Below, in pieces: positions 50,495 through 63,865 of a stretch of DNA of 64,000 bases. Within the stretch, counting starts at the first letter, position 1, and the number at the start of each line of letters is the position of its first letter. Below the pieces are notes generated by a model. The model was not told the DNA's origin, did no database searches, and saw only the letters and a list, made by a program, of their open reading frames with translations. The position numbers and the translations under genes were made by a program. This DNA is from Lytechinus pictus (lineage: Eukaryota): the NCBI RefSeq assembly GCF_037042905.1, contig NC_087250.1, positions 6,450,001 through 6,514,000 of the forward strand, written 5' to 3'.

Positions 50495-50543
50495 ATCTCT
50501 TGATAAATGGCAATTCGACTTTAATACAAGCTCAGGTATTAAG
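50495..50543 (+). CDS. 49-nt micro-exon c2 (SLDKWQFDFNTSSGIK)
   Basis: aacacag / gtaagc; phase 2 to 0. Confidence 0.87.
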
Positions 50544-53076
50544 GTAAGCATATATGTACTATATCGCTGTGTATTAATTTTGTAATGGAAAGGGGGGGGT
50601 ATCTTACACATGTTCCCCGATAGGTCCCTAGAACCTGATGTTTTCTCTTGTAGGGGTATTCATAGCTAAACACTATTTTTTTACAAACATCTTAACTTTA
50701 TTAATGCGAGCGCGAAGAGTCAACTCTTTTTTTTTTCATGCATTTAGACCTGGTAATTGAATATTCTGAACAATTTGTAATCATGATCAAGGTATATCAA
50801 ATAATATTTGAGTGCGCTAAGCTCTGGCAGAGAAATTTCATTATTTTGAATGATTACTAATTGTATTGATCTAGTATCGTAACAATATATTGACGAGACA
50901 TAATAGGTATTCAATGCATTTTTACCAAGTAAAATTTAAATTTGTCAGTTTTTTGTGATCACCATATTAAGATCTAGCGCACAGATTAGGTAATGTTATA
51001 ATGTACATCAAAATTAGCCGTTAGAGTACCTACTTTACATATCTACTAATTAAAAATTGGGAAACAACTTTTTTCCCAATATAAATATCATTTCCTAAGA
51101 TTTTCAGCCCACCCCATGATGTATTTAATATAAACAAGACAGGAATACACAAAGGGATGTAGCCGTTTACATTAAAGTGTGATGTAAAATGGGAAAATCT
51201 TTGTTCAATAAAACAAATTATCATCTTAAAAACTTCACATCACTAGCATTTTGGGGGCACTTAAATTGATAAGATATCGTAATCAATTGGGACAGTGACC
51301 AGGGGCGGATCCAGATTTCGCCAAGGGGGGGGGGTTCGAAAAAATTACCAATGTTTTCCCCGATTGGCCTCTCAAAAATTATTTGCATTTGTTTAATTGA
51401 AGGAGTAGTCCTAACAGTCACTTTTTACATTTATTCTCACAAACAGATAAATAATAATCTCGTATAAGCCCTAATTGAAAAGTTAGAGGGCGAAGAACGA
51501 TCTGATTTTTTTTAGGAACTATGATCTAAAAAATTGAACATTCTGAACAATGATTGTGATCGTGAACAAGATGTGTATTTAACTAAATAATTACTCCGAG
51601 CAGATTTCTTTTTATCGGAAAGGGACCAGTTATTGACTGCTTGCAATTACCCATGAAAACGATACACATTTCAACAATAAAGAAATGCATTGTGATATTT
51701 AAAAAAATACATTCTAAAGCACTTTTTCTAATCATGAATAAAATAGGCATATGAATAAATAATGAGAGCAGGAACCACATAAAGAGATGTTTAGACCTAG
51801 AAAAGGGACACGCTATTCATGCTTTGTAAACCATGAAAAGGATAACTATTTGGGTGTCTTCCTACATGAATAATGCGAACACGAAGCGCGAGATTTTTTT
51901 TTAAATTCTGATATGAATCTGGATAATTTAAGCACGTTTTGAATAAAAAACAAACTACATATCGCAATAAACAAGTGTGCGCGCTTTTTTTCGGGTGTGG
52001 GGTGGGGGGTTGAATCTGGGCATTCTAAATACATTTCTTTTTATATGAAATTCAATAATGCACGAGCGCGAGCTGATAAAAAATGATATAACGATCTGAA
52101 AAAAGGGCCAAATTAAGCACTATTTCAAGCATCGTAGGAGAATTGTGAAGTAGATATGGATCATACTTAACAAACAATACAAGAGCGAAATGCTAGCCGA
52201 TATTTTTAATTGTCCTCCTGTGATATTTGTAAGGACATTTTTCCATCGTATGAATATGACTATCTTCCTTATTACTCTTCCTAACCGCGAGGTGAAACTT
52301 GTCGATATTCCATTCTGCAAAGAGAGACAATTTCATTATTAGGAATTCATAAAACTGTTATCTTTCTCATGTTTCTTATCTGTTGATATTAAGTCCTGAA
52401 GACCGGACATTTTAAGCATTTCTTTTTAAATATTGTTGTAATGCCTACTTATGCACATATGGTAAACAACATGTGCAGAGCTACTCGGCCGTCGATGGAC
52501 CCTGAGTGCAAGAAACCCATGTGCAGTAGAATGTCTTTCATTGATGCGCACTCAGTTGCGGTAGCGTGGTTTGCGTATATGTGAACTAACATAAAGCGGT
52601 GTCACTGCGAGTAAGTCTATGGGGGTCAGGTCGGTCATTACATGGCCGTAAATTAAACATAGATATAATACCCCTTTCGTCATTTTCGTACTTTTTTTTG
52701 GTTCTTTTTTTCAGCTTTTCTCTCAATTTAAAAAGGACACCTTTTTTTGGTTGCCAAAAAATAAGGGGCGAGGCCGGAGAAATGCTATTGGGGGGGGGGG
52801 GGGGTGGTTAAGCTAAACTAGAGGTACGCTTCCATTTTAATTTGTTTCTTTTATTTAACAAAATTATCACTCGGTATTTGTTCAAAATTAATCCTCTGAA
52901 TTAATACATTTTGTTTAAATGTCTAAATAATATCTAATATTAAAAATTACCTTTGATTTATGTACTATCGTGTTTTTTCGGGGGGGGATATTTTTGTTTT
53001 CACGACATGCATGAAAGGTGTGAAGAATAATCTTATCCCAAAATTATCCGTCTTTTCTATTTATATTTTCATTCAG

Positions 53077-53579
53077 ATAACCAAATGTCGTCTGTCTTCT
53101 GAGATGACTTCTAGAATGTGGCCATGTCTCAGATCATTCACCTCACTGAAGCATCTCACCATCTCAGACTCATCTCTCATTTTCTCTTCATCACCTCCTT
53201 CGCTACCATCGGTCACAAAACTATCAGCCGAGAGAGTGACGTCACAGTGCTATGAAGGTCTGATATCATCGCTCACTGGTTTAGTAGATATTGATATCAC
53301 TGTCGATGTTGCAGAGGAAGACATATCCCATATCACTGCTGGTCTTCATCGGACAGGAGAGCAGAAACTAAAAAGCATCTATCTTCATGGTCCATCTTCA
53401 CTTTCACCAGAGAGGAGCCGTGTATCGAGCAAGACAATGATAGGACTGGGTCTGGTCATCAAAGAACATACACAGAACCTGAACCGCCTCCATCTACGAT
53501 GGGTGAAGTGTACAAACGAGGATGACTTAGTTTACCTAATAGAGTGTTGCAGACGTGTGAAGATGATGCAAAACGTTTT
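53077..53579 (+). CDS. Large LRR exon D (503 nt, phase 0 to 2)
   Basis: ttcattcag / gtaagt; LKHLTIS, LVDIDIT, LKSIYLH, LNRLHLR. Confidence 0.9.
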
Positions 53580-54510
53580 GTAAGTTCTTGCTTATGAAAA
53601 AAAATATTTTGTTGATATAATTTAATTATTAATCCAATGCGATGGTTCAATTCCTACAGGGTTCATATTACATCCAAAATATTTCCTGTAAATATTCGGA
53701 TACATCCAGAGAAGAAACGGTTCCATTCTTTTTTTAGCCATTAATAGTGTCAGGTACTCTTAGAATTGCCATGAATATGTCAGGTCCTCAAATACACTTT
53801 TTTACTAAAAAATTGGAGTTTGATAGCATTACCTTGTCATTAAATGTTACTCTTAGATAATAGCACAAGCATGCACATTTTAATTTTACTGCTAGTTCGA
53901 TCGTAACTCTTGTATAAGCTCCAGTAGCCTACTATCAATAGTATTTCATACCTGACTCGTACTCAATGTGAAATAATCGATTTGTTTATTGTATTAAAAA
54001 TGTCCTTTTAAATATTTATCAATATTTCGTATGTACTAATTTTCTTTTATTACTTTAATAGATGTTACTTCAGTCATAATATTTTGTTATAAAGATTACG
54101 TTCCCGATCATCATAAATCCCAAATGTACCCTGCATTTCAATTTGATTCAAATTTTAAATCATCCCCACCGCAATATATATCACAGGTACATTATTGTAA
54201 TAATAAATTGCAAAAATTTCTGACATTTTGGGGAAGATAAGCCAAACTTATTTGATACTCTCACCTAATATCCTGCATTTTTCATACGTCAAAGTCAAAG
54301 TAAAGATATTCAAAAAACTCTTATATCATGATATATGAATTTTCATTTCGGGAGAAAAAACAAAAAAGTATTCAATCAAACGAAAGTGTTACATACTACT
54401 AGCGTTTTAACCTGAAACATACAATACACACAGACACGCAAACACTTCTTATACACATTCCCCATCTTCTTATAATTTATTACACCCATCAGTTTGTTTC
54501 ATGATTGCAG

Positions 54511-54772
54511 GTTCTTTTACTGTGGGACGACGAGGAATGGCAGGCTGCAGTCTCACCTCGAGCAACTTCACCGTGGATCTTCCCACGGTCTCAATGTGCA
54601 TGTTTATTATGTAAGATATACTGCTATGCTTCTACACTGTGTAATTTCAATGTCACAATATTATGCATACCAGCAATATAATTTATGGTTAAAAAGACGT
54701 ATAACGTGTGAGTCTATTAGAATATTATTGTTTATCATTCACATTGAAAGCAAGCACAAGGATGCAATATAA
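54511..54772 (+). CDS. Probable terminal exon (FFYCGTTRNGRLQSHLEQLH...)
   Basis: gattgcag acceptor in phase 2, matching exon D; TAA at 54770-54772; AATAAA at 54823-54828; an alternative donor gtaaga at 54611 is possible. Confidence 0.7.
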
Positions 54773-57700
54773 AACACTATAGGCCTATGTATTATTGTAT
54801 TTATTTTAAAATTCAACAATACAATAAAATGGATCCCACTATGTTTTATAGTAGATTTCTACATCTTTACTTAGGATTAAAGAAATGAATCCACATTATT
54901 CTTTTTGTAATTCATGTTTTACTGAACCTTTTCATCAAAGTTTACATAACAAAACATTCATGAAACAATGGATCACATATAAAAGTTAAGATGACATTGG
55001 CATATAAAATAACATGTCTAATATACAAAAGTAGTATAACATAAAAAAAACTAAACATATATCCACATTATTCTCTTTTAACCTTAGTATACATAAATTT
55101 TCCCACAAATTTTGTGATATTGAATAATATGACAACGTTTAGATCAATTCAGACGACCAAAAAAAAAACAGCAAGTGTTATAAACGATGAAAGAGAGGAC
55201 GTGGTATAATTTCTAGTGTGCAATTTTTATTTCTTTAAAGTGCACAAAACGTAAATACGTTTTTGTTTTGTTTTGCTTAAATGTAGCTTCTGTTGTCGGT
55301 CTTCGAAAAGAGGGGTGGGGGGGAGCAGATACAAAATCAATCATAACGTCGCCGTCTTGAGTCCGGTGACGTCACGGTTAATTTTGTTTTTCCTCTTTTC
55401 CAATAACACATTTTAATTTCTTCACTTTATCCCTTGGAGATATCATACATATATTTTCTAAAAGCTTGAATTGATGCACTATAAAGCTTTTGTCAATTTT
55501 TTTTCCCGCATATTTGGCGTAGCTTTACCATTCTATATGCATTCAAATTATATAAACCAATTTTTTCCGAACATCAATTTAGGCCCAATGAGAGCCCCAA
55601 GCCAGGCAATCACCCCCCCCCCCTTAAAACAACATAGGTTGGCTATTTTGGGGGACAAAGTTTCCTATTGCACAACCTTTCAATCAGATCTTCCCCTTTT
55701 AGTGATTTGATTGAAAGACGCACTTATCAAGCGACATACATGCAATAGTAGCCTCGTTCAGATTTGGATACTTCCCAGTCGGGTAAAATTCTATTGTGCA
55801 TGGATTAAAATTCTAAAAATATATTTATTATCTCATCACTACCCAGACGTAGTTGGTCAGTGGAATCCCAAATGGAGGAAAGGTCGAAGTAGTGTCCGTC
55901 TGGACAGAATTACTGCAGCCATCCTCTGACCAAGATACACCTTCCACTGACCAAGACAGTAGCCATTGTTCTGTCTAGTTTGTAAAGCAAGATGTAGCTG
56001 GTTTTAAACGTAGTCTTATTCAATCTGCAGTAATGTACATCCCCTAATCTGATGAAAAGTACTTTGCAAGGGTTGTTTATTCGTAACTGCGAAAGTTTTA
56101 ATATAGAAATTCATATCAATATTTTTTCATTGGATAATTACTCTCTCCTGTCTGTACAATGGTTATAAAAATAAAGAAAAAAAATTACACGATACAGTGC
56201 GTATAAAAAAGGTTTTTATCTTGCAAAAGTTATGATCAAATAAAATATGTGTAATATTGTTAGAGATATTCCGCATGTATGTATTGGTACAAGGCTCATT
56301 AAGGAAATGATAGTGTTAGTGTCGACATAAGTTTCATCCGAGTGAGCACCACTATGAAGTTCGTAAAAAAAGCTTGTAATTAAGAATTTTATGGATTAAA
56401 TTGGACGTTAATAATGAAGAGCACACGCACTTTAGATAAGGAATCAATTCATATATTTTCCCATTCTACCATTCTCACACGCCCATGCCCCCCCCCCCCC
56501 CATCCCATATACACACCATCATAGACAGATAGACCACGCCAAGACCATTACGAAATCTTCTTGCACATGTAGTTGGGAAAGGCATGGAACTGGCCTTACT
56601 CTTCATTTTATTTCTTGAATTCGTGATTGGGAACATGTACTTGTGGGAAAGATGAAATGAAATGAATGATAAAAAATAATGTAGATTACCCATCATCAAA
56701 GGACAGAATATGGTAATGACAAAGGCAGGAGATGTCAGAAATTTCTTGTTTCATTTTTCATATCATTAAATCCAGCTGGCATAAAAATATAAATGTTTAC
56801 CTAGGGTTATAGTGTTGGTTTTTTTGTAGCAAAGGAGTTCAGCTAGTTTCAATGACTCTGTTTGATTTACATGAACGAAGAAAGAAAAATAAAAGTAAAC
56901 TTTTTATTGATATGCACTGTAAATCGTTCGATAGCGATAAATAATATGCGAACATTAAATCGTAGCACGTCTCCATCTACGATGTTTCCTAAAGTGATAG
57001 AAAAATATCCATCATACGATGATCGGAGAAAATTTAAACCATGCAGACGAAACAAAAGTAGCCAACCAATGACAAATCATGGCGTTGAAAACTTATGTCT
57101 AACTTGTAAATCGAGGCAAATTTCGTAATTTCACAGAATCTGAGTATTAATGTAAAGCCATTTCTATATATGTTTACATTTCTTGTCATTTTTAGGAAAA
57201 TGTTCATCGGAGTAATTATCGCATCCCCCTCATCGATCATGTCAATTGAGCAATTGCCACATCAGCGGATCCTCATCTCACGGAGTCACAATGAGTGCAC
57301 AGCAGGATGAGGTTAACCTGAAAGCACTATGGTGTAGTCTAAATTAATTTCTTTTTTTCATCCCGGATCTAAATGTTGGATGTAGGGAGAAGGTCTACTT
57401 TGCTTCAGCGAATAGCACATTGAACAAGAATTCTGGAGCCTTGCTAAATTGAATACAACACCAACGGAACCGATCCGCGAAATAACGTAATATCGGTCTG
57501 GAGTCAACCTCATCGATGTGACATTGACAGAGTTAAGCTGACTAAAGCTTTTATTTCGATCTGTTATGAATCATCGAGAAAAGGGATGTCAAATTTAAAT
57601 AATAAGGTCGTTGCCAGTGCCTTAGGAACGATTTGTTGGGTTCGGGTGCTGAAGTAAACTCGACAAGCAAAAAAAAGGTTTCACTCGAAATACGCAAAGG

Positions 57701-58791
57701 TCGTTTTGGTCCCAAGAAAATTGAAAATAAAAAAGAAAAAGAGGGGGATTAACACAAAAAGTTTGTCTTTCTACACACATTTCTCAAATTTTACCCACCT
57801 ACCAGAATTATAAAAAAATAATACTCGCAACATCCCCAGCATCCCCGCTTCCCAGGGCCATGATCATCGTATCCTTCTAAAAATAATTATAAGGAAAAAA
57901 TACAGATAATTATAGTAGTCTTCTTGGGAGGGTATACCGAACTAAAAGCAAAAGAAAAGATGTGTTGCATATAAATAATATCACTTTGTTGAATAAGGAT
58001 ATACTTTGAGTAATAAGCGATATAAAGGCAGTCACACTATTTTCTTGTATATTGCTAATGAATTGAAAGGTTGTTCCGTTAGAAATCAATTACACTCGCG
58101 TCAATTTACTTGGAAAGATTGAACGTTATGAATTTATGTATTTGAGCTCATCACAGTGGACTATTGTGAAATTATAGGGAGGAGTCCTCTATGAAATCAA
58201 GTTGGTTAGTATACAGGTAGAGAGAAGGTGAGCGATATTGATATAAAGTGGTTATTACTGCCCTCATATTTCAAGCACATGTTAGGCCTGTATGAATTCT
58301 AATATCCAACTTTGAGCGGATGATAGCAATGCTTTCCCAAAATAATCTTGAGTGTGGATATGCATAGGAACATAGTTTATTGTGTTTGTATAATAACCTC
58401 TTATTTATCTACCTTTTCTGTCATGACATTAAAACATATATACTAATTACATGTACCTTATTGACAGAAAGCCACGCCTATTATTAAGGAAACGTTAATT
58501 TTGTTAGAAAATGGTCAAAAATAAGGTAAGATGTGCCCAAAATCACTGACTACTCTGGGGCCGAACGAAATGTTGCCTGAAAAGCCCCCATATGACTACT
58601 TTCAGCATCAAATGGTTTTCGCCAACCTCAAGTGTGTAGGCGAACTAAGCCTTATAATTCGTTAAACTTTTCAGACGTGTTCATTAGAAGTATAGTTTGT
58701 CCATTTTACAAAAAAATGCAGCAGGTTGTCAGATTAATTATTGTCATATAAAAACACACAAAGTAAATATATATTAGTAGATGTAATGATG

Positions 58792-58822
<31 letters not shown>

Positions 58823-59056
58823 CAATATTTGTACTAATAGCAGCAGAAGCAGTATAGTAATAGAAAAAGAAGTAAAATCAGAAGTAATGGTGTAACTAGT
58901 AGTAGTAGTATTAGTTGTTGTTGTAGTAACGGATGTCGTAATTGTTGTAATATCAGCAGTAGTTGTTGTTGTAGTAGTGTTTCATAATAGTGATCATAGC
59001 TGCCTGTAGGCTAAATAGCATTCAGTTCACTCTCTAATATTCTTACAATGAAAAAG

Positions 59057-59375
59057 ATTGCGATCAGGAACGAATCAAATGTTGCATTCACGTTTTCAAT
59101 CTTGTGGAATTAGAATTCAGTCTTATTCGATTGAAATGTTCGATCCAACATTCAATTGGTCCCTGGCCACAAACTGTTATATTGACTTTCAATCTACGGA
59201 AGTTAAAGAGTGCACGAGAATTGCGATCAGGGACCAATCCAAAGTTGGATTGAAGTTTCCAATCTGATTTAGAATTCAATCTTATTTAATTAAAACGTTT
59301 GATCTAACATTGGATTGGTCCCTGACTACAATCTATTAGATTGACTTTCGATCTACGAAAGTTAGATAGTGCACA
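59057..59375. repeat. Two diverged tandem units of about 163 bp, each internally palindromic
   Basis: ATTGCGATCAGG...AGTGCAC occurs twice; CAGGGACCAATCCAA / TTGGATTGGTCCCTG inverted pair. Confidence 0.75.
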
Positions 59376-61077
59376 AGGTATAGAATAAATAGCAATCAAT
59401 GATATAGGCCCTAATAAACATGATTAACAAAATACATAACTAACTACTATATATTTACGATAGTGATCGCGGAACAGGCATGTAAATACCCTGTACCGTA
59501 CTGAATGAACCGATCACGTGATCCACTCAATATTTTTTTTATCGCAATAATTATATTGCCTAGTCTTGCTCATTCTGCTCATGCTTCTTGCCAAACAAGG
59601 AAAATAACAAAACTTCCTAAAACTATCATGGTGCAATTTGTAAATACAACGTTTTGTCGTGGCGAATACCAATGTACAAAAGTGGAGAGATGAAATTACA
59701 TGCATGTGAAGTGGCTAAAAACTAGAATAGATAAGCTGTCAGATATGCCAGGTTTTGTAAAGAAGTATTATATTTATGCACTATTTATCCGTGTGTTTCA
59801 CGCAAATAAAGTAATTTCAACAATTAAACTGTCATAAATCGAGACTGGTCGATAGAGTTGATGAATCTTATCGTATATTTTTTATATTATTTACAATGAC
59901 GTCAGATCGTAAATTGTAACATATTGTGTGTAGGTCGTCATGATCATAAACATGGCTATTGCAACGAGATAAACTGTCATATACATGTATATTTACACAT
60001 ACTTTCAAGTTTTTACTTGATGTATCCAATTGGGAATTTTTAGAATGTTAAAAATTGAATATTTCAATGTTTCAATGTATTATAGTAGGCTCCTATAGAA
60101 AATAATATATATACTATAGAATGATATGTAACAGTAAATTGTTAAAAAGATATAATGGAATAGAACGTGCTTCGTAAAATAACGTATATATTTCCTGAAA
60201 ATGATAGCTCTTCTCTTAATGCTGAATTGTCTTTTGTGTATGGAATTGAATTATGATGGCAATCATTTTCTCACTCATGAATATGTCTACATTCTCCCAA
60301 CTGGAATTCTAATTTAAGCTGTATGCATTAAATGCTGATATTGTTGTCTTTAAATAAAAGCCTGTTTTTTTTTCTATATGTACTTTTAAATTCCCACGAT
60401 GACGTATTATGTGAAGTTTGTTATCTAAGATAAATTAAAAAGCAATATTTGAAACTGAATTACATTTTCGTAGCCATTCTTAAATAGTTTTTCGTGGGTT
60501 AATACGTGTTACAGTGCTACATGTAGGTGCCATGGCCGAATGCCAAGTGGTCTTACGTGTACGCCCAGCGCACGTAACACGATCCGTTTCGATCAGTAAA
60601 TTATAAAAGCATTTGATATAAACCTTTCAAGCTATGAAGTCTGAACGATCAAAGTTGCAAAAAGTTGAATGAATAAATTTCAGTCTATTTCGAGCCTCTT
60701 TGAAAAAGATAAATCACTGTTTAAAAGGACAAGACGCCCTCATCGGCTGCGACCACAAGGCTCATTCCGCACTTTACACCAAATTATTTTGTTTTAATTT
60801 CAAAGAGAAAATTTTCCATGTTCTATGTAAAGTTTTATTATTTTAGTCATTGCCATGAAATGTTTGTTCATTTTTGTGTAATGTTAAAAACACTTGCTGT
60901 AAGCATAAATGACCATGTGTATACTTTTGTTATTCAAATGTGTAAATTAACTCATATCAATACAAATAAATCATGTCAGATCAAAAATACTCGTTTTGAT
61001 CATTGGTAACACAATTATTGAGGTACGAATGAATCGAGTAGAGAATTAGAGAAATGTAACATTTTCATATTCAACTG

Positions 61078-62122
61078 TAACCCAGGGAGCTCCCGCCCGC
61101 GCGGGCGGGAGCCCAGGGGCTTTCCGTGTATTTGACCATACTCACGGGACTAGCGTGATTTATGGTCTAAATATTTCTCCAAATGAATTGTGAAAATAGA
61201 AATTATGCACTTACCACGATTATATGGATGAAGGTCTAACGAGTGGCAGTTTCCTGACATCTGGGCACAAACTGGAACCTCAAAAAAACGAAAAGTTCTC
61301 TCCTTCTACCCCAGTGTCGATCGGCCATTTTGTTACGATTCATAACAAAAATGGCCGATCGAGACGGGGGCCACTTACATTGACGAGTGGATATCATGCG
61401 CGACCAAAAAAAAAACACGCAAAAAGGATGTCTTTTTCACGATAGGGCACGATACGTACGTAACGTGATAAGGGTGTCAAAAACACAAAAATAATGAAAA
61501 AAGGGTATCTATTTTGCTAGGAAAGCTATGTGTTTGGGGTCAAATTTGCAGGGATTATAAAACAAAATTAAAAAGGTTTTATAAAGGATGTCCTTTTTGC
61601 CCCAACACTACGTGTTTAGAGTCCGGTTTGCGCGAGGTGTAAAAGGTGGGGCCCGACTAAACCAAGTGGTGTGTAAATTCGGTAAAACCTTCGACCGACG
61701 GACCCGTGACATAAAATATCGCTGTTCTTGTTTAGGGGTTCATTTCAGGGAATACTTGAGTATCGTTTTGTTTCCAATACTTGTTAAGGGTAGGGTTTCA
61801 CACGCGCATTTTCAGAATATGGAAAATACGTGTTTATGGTGCTTTTCGAGACCCCATGGTCGCGCATGGTATCCACTCGTCAATGGAAGTGCCCCCCCCC
61901 CCCGGGGGTAGAAGGAGAGAACTTTTCGGTTTTTGAGGTTCCAGTCTGTGCCCAGATGTCAGGAAACTGCCACTCATTATACCTTCATCCATATAATCGT
62001 GGTAAGTGCATAATTTCTATTTTCACAATTCATTTGGAGAAATATTTATACCATAAATCACGCTAGTCCCGTGAGTATGGTCAAATACACGGTAAGCCCC
62101 TGGGCTGGAACTCCCTGGGTTA
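61078..62122. mobile_element. Young foldback DNA transposon with 9-bp TSD (AcademH-like or Mutator-like)
   Basis: ATTCAACTG|TAACCCAGGGAG ... CTCCCTGGGTTA|ATTCAACTG; near-perfect inverted arms of about 230 bp. Confidence 0.92.
61365..61908. mobile_element. Nested TIR element of about 540 bp inside the foldback element
   Basis: GGGGGCCACTTACATTGACGAGTGGATATCATGCGCGACCA / TGGTCGCGCATGGTATCCACTCGTCAATGGAAGTGCCCCC inverted ends. Confidence 0.85.
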
Positions 62123-62799
62123 ATTCAACTGGTACATAATCGACAGGAACAGTGTCCTGTATTATATCGAACTATAGATTTCCTACACTTGAGACGCTTT
62201 GCCTAATTTATAATCGCTCACTCGTAAATAGGCCATACTGTAATGTGCTTTGTTACTTCGTAATAAATTGCCAATTTAGTAGGCATAGTAATTAACTTCT
62301 TTTAGACATTTCTTATTCAGGAATTACACAAATGACCTCACTGAAAATAATAACAAATTTCTTCAGAACATAAAAATAAATAATTTTAATCATATTCCTT
62401 TGTGTGATTGTTATCAATCATGATGAATAAAACAACAATGTGTCTAAAAAAGGAGGCATTGTCATCTAAACCTGAGAAGCTGTATTGTTCACATGAAGAG
62501 TGTTGAACCTACTACGTTTAGTCGGTTTCGTTCATTTCATCTATAGGCCCTATATTTAATTCTTATTGATTTATTTATCTTATTATTCATTAATTTATTT
62601 GTTTGTTGCAAATCGTTATCCGAAGAAGCTTGTTCAGTTCAAAATTATATTCATGAATATTTGCATGTATTATGTTTAGGCCCAGGACATCTATTCTAAC
62701 ATAACCTGTCGTCTGATAATCAGTTGAATGAAAGTTGAAAGATTATGTCTCTTTACGGCGTTTTTTTTTTTTCTTAAGTCTTCATTCAACTTCAGAAGA

Positions 62800-63383
62800 G
62801 GAAAATTTGAATATAGAGGGGAGATAGGGAGAGAAAACAAGATAAATGAGAGAGAGAGGGGGAGAGATTAGAAAGATTAAGAGAAAGGGAATATTAGGAA
62901 AACAGAGAGACCCTAAAAGAGATAGAGGAGCTTGAAAGAGAAAGAGGGTAGATAAGGGTAAAGAGATGCAGTAATAACGACAGAGAGTTAGGGGAAGAAA
63001 GAGACAAGAGACAAAGAGAGAGAAAGGGGGGAGATTAGAAAGATTAAGAGAAAGGGAATATTAGGAAAACAGAGAGACCCTAAAAGAGATAGAGGAGCTT
63101 GAGAGAGAAAGAGGATAGATAAGGATAGAGAGATACAGTAATAAAGACAGAAAGAGAGTTGGGGAAGATGGAGATAAGAGACAGACAGATAGGGGAAGAA
63201 AGAGATAGAGACAAAAAGAGAGAGGGGAAGAAATAGATAAGAGACACAAAAATATAATGGATAGAGATCGAAAAGGAATCGGAAACAAAATAGAAGAGCC
63301 ACAAACAGGACATAGCAAGCTAGATAAATTTGGAGAGGACTAAAGAAGATGGGAGACAAAAAGGAAGATAGGGAGAGATATGT

Positions 63384-63419
<36 letters not shown>

Positions 63420-63560
63420 GAAATAGAATGAGAGTGGGGAAAGCAAAAAGGAGATGACGGAATATAACTTTGGAACAGAAACAAGGTATTGCCGCCATCT
63501 GGAGTCAATGCAAAGAGAGGGCTATAGGGAGAGAGACAAGGATAAATGATAAGAAATAGA
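62800..63560. repeat. Polypurine tract with an internal duplication of about 167 bp and a (TA)n run
   Basis: GATTAGAAAGATTAAGAGAAAGGG at 62866 and 63033; (TA)n at about 63386-63416. Confidence 0.85.
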
Positions 63561-63595
63561 TGATGATGACTAGAGGAATTTAGGTTGTCAAAGAA

Positions 63596-63865
63596 ATGGC
63601 TGACAATGAAGCGTTAGACAAACAAACGTCAAACCAAGGCAGGTTTTTCATAAGATTATTACAAAGTATAAAAGAGACAATAACAAATGATAAGGTTAAT
63701 TTACTTGTAGAAATTAATGATAAAAAATCACAATTTGAATCATACCGTTTGAAAATTATTGATGGTATTAATATGACATCCAAGATAAAGTGGATGGAAT
63801 TTGGTGAAAAGCCATCGCAATATTTCCAGAATTTAGACAAACAAAATAAAGTTAATAAGATTTAG
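63596..63865 (+). pseudogene. Fragment of an L1/Tx1-type LINE ORF2
   Basis: GINMTSKIKWMEFGEKPSQYFQNLDK resembles the Tx1/L1 linker GxxxRSxxxWxExGEKxSxYFxNLEK. Confidence 0.7.

Noticed and set aside
15815..53583. Seven separate small single-exon genes, as implied by the ORF track
   Set aside because: Homology begins at AG acceptors and each apparent stop lies within a GTGAGT or GTAAGT donor; these are exons of one spliced gene
55800..57330. Possible minus-strand exons with acceptor-like sites near 55975, 56640 and 57318
   Set aside because: No recognisable protein and no consistent phase chain; cannot be supported without RNA data
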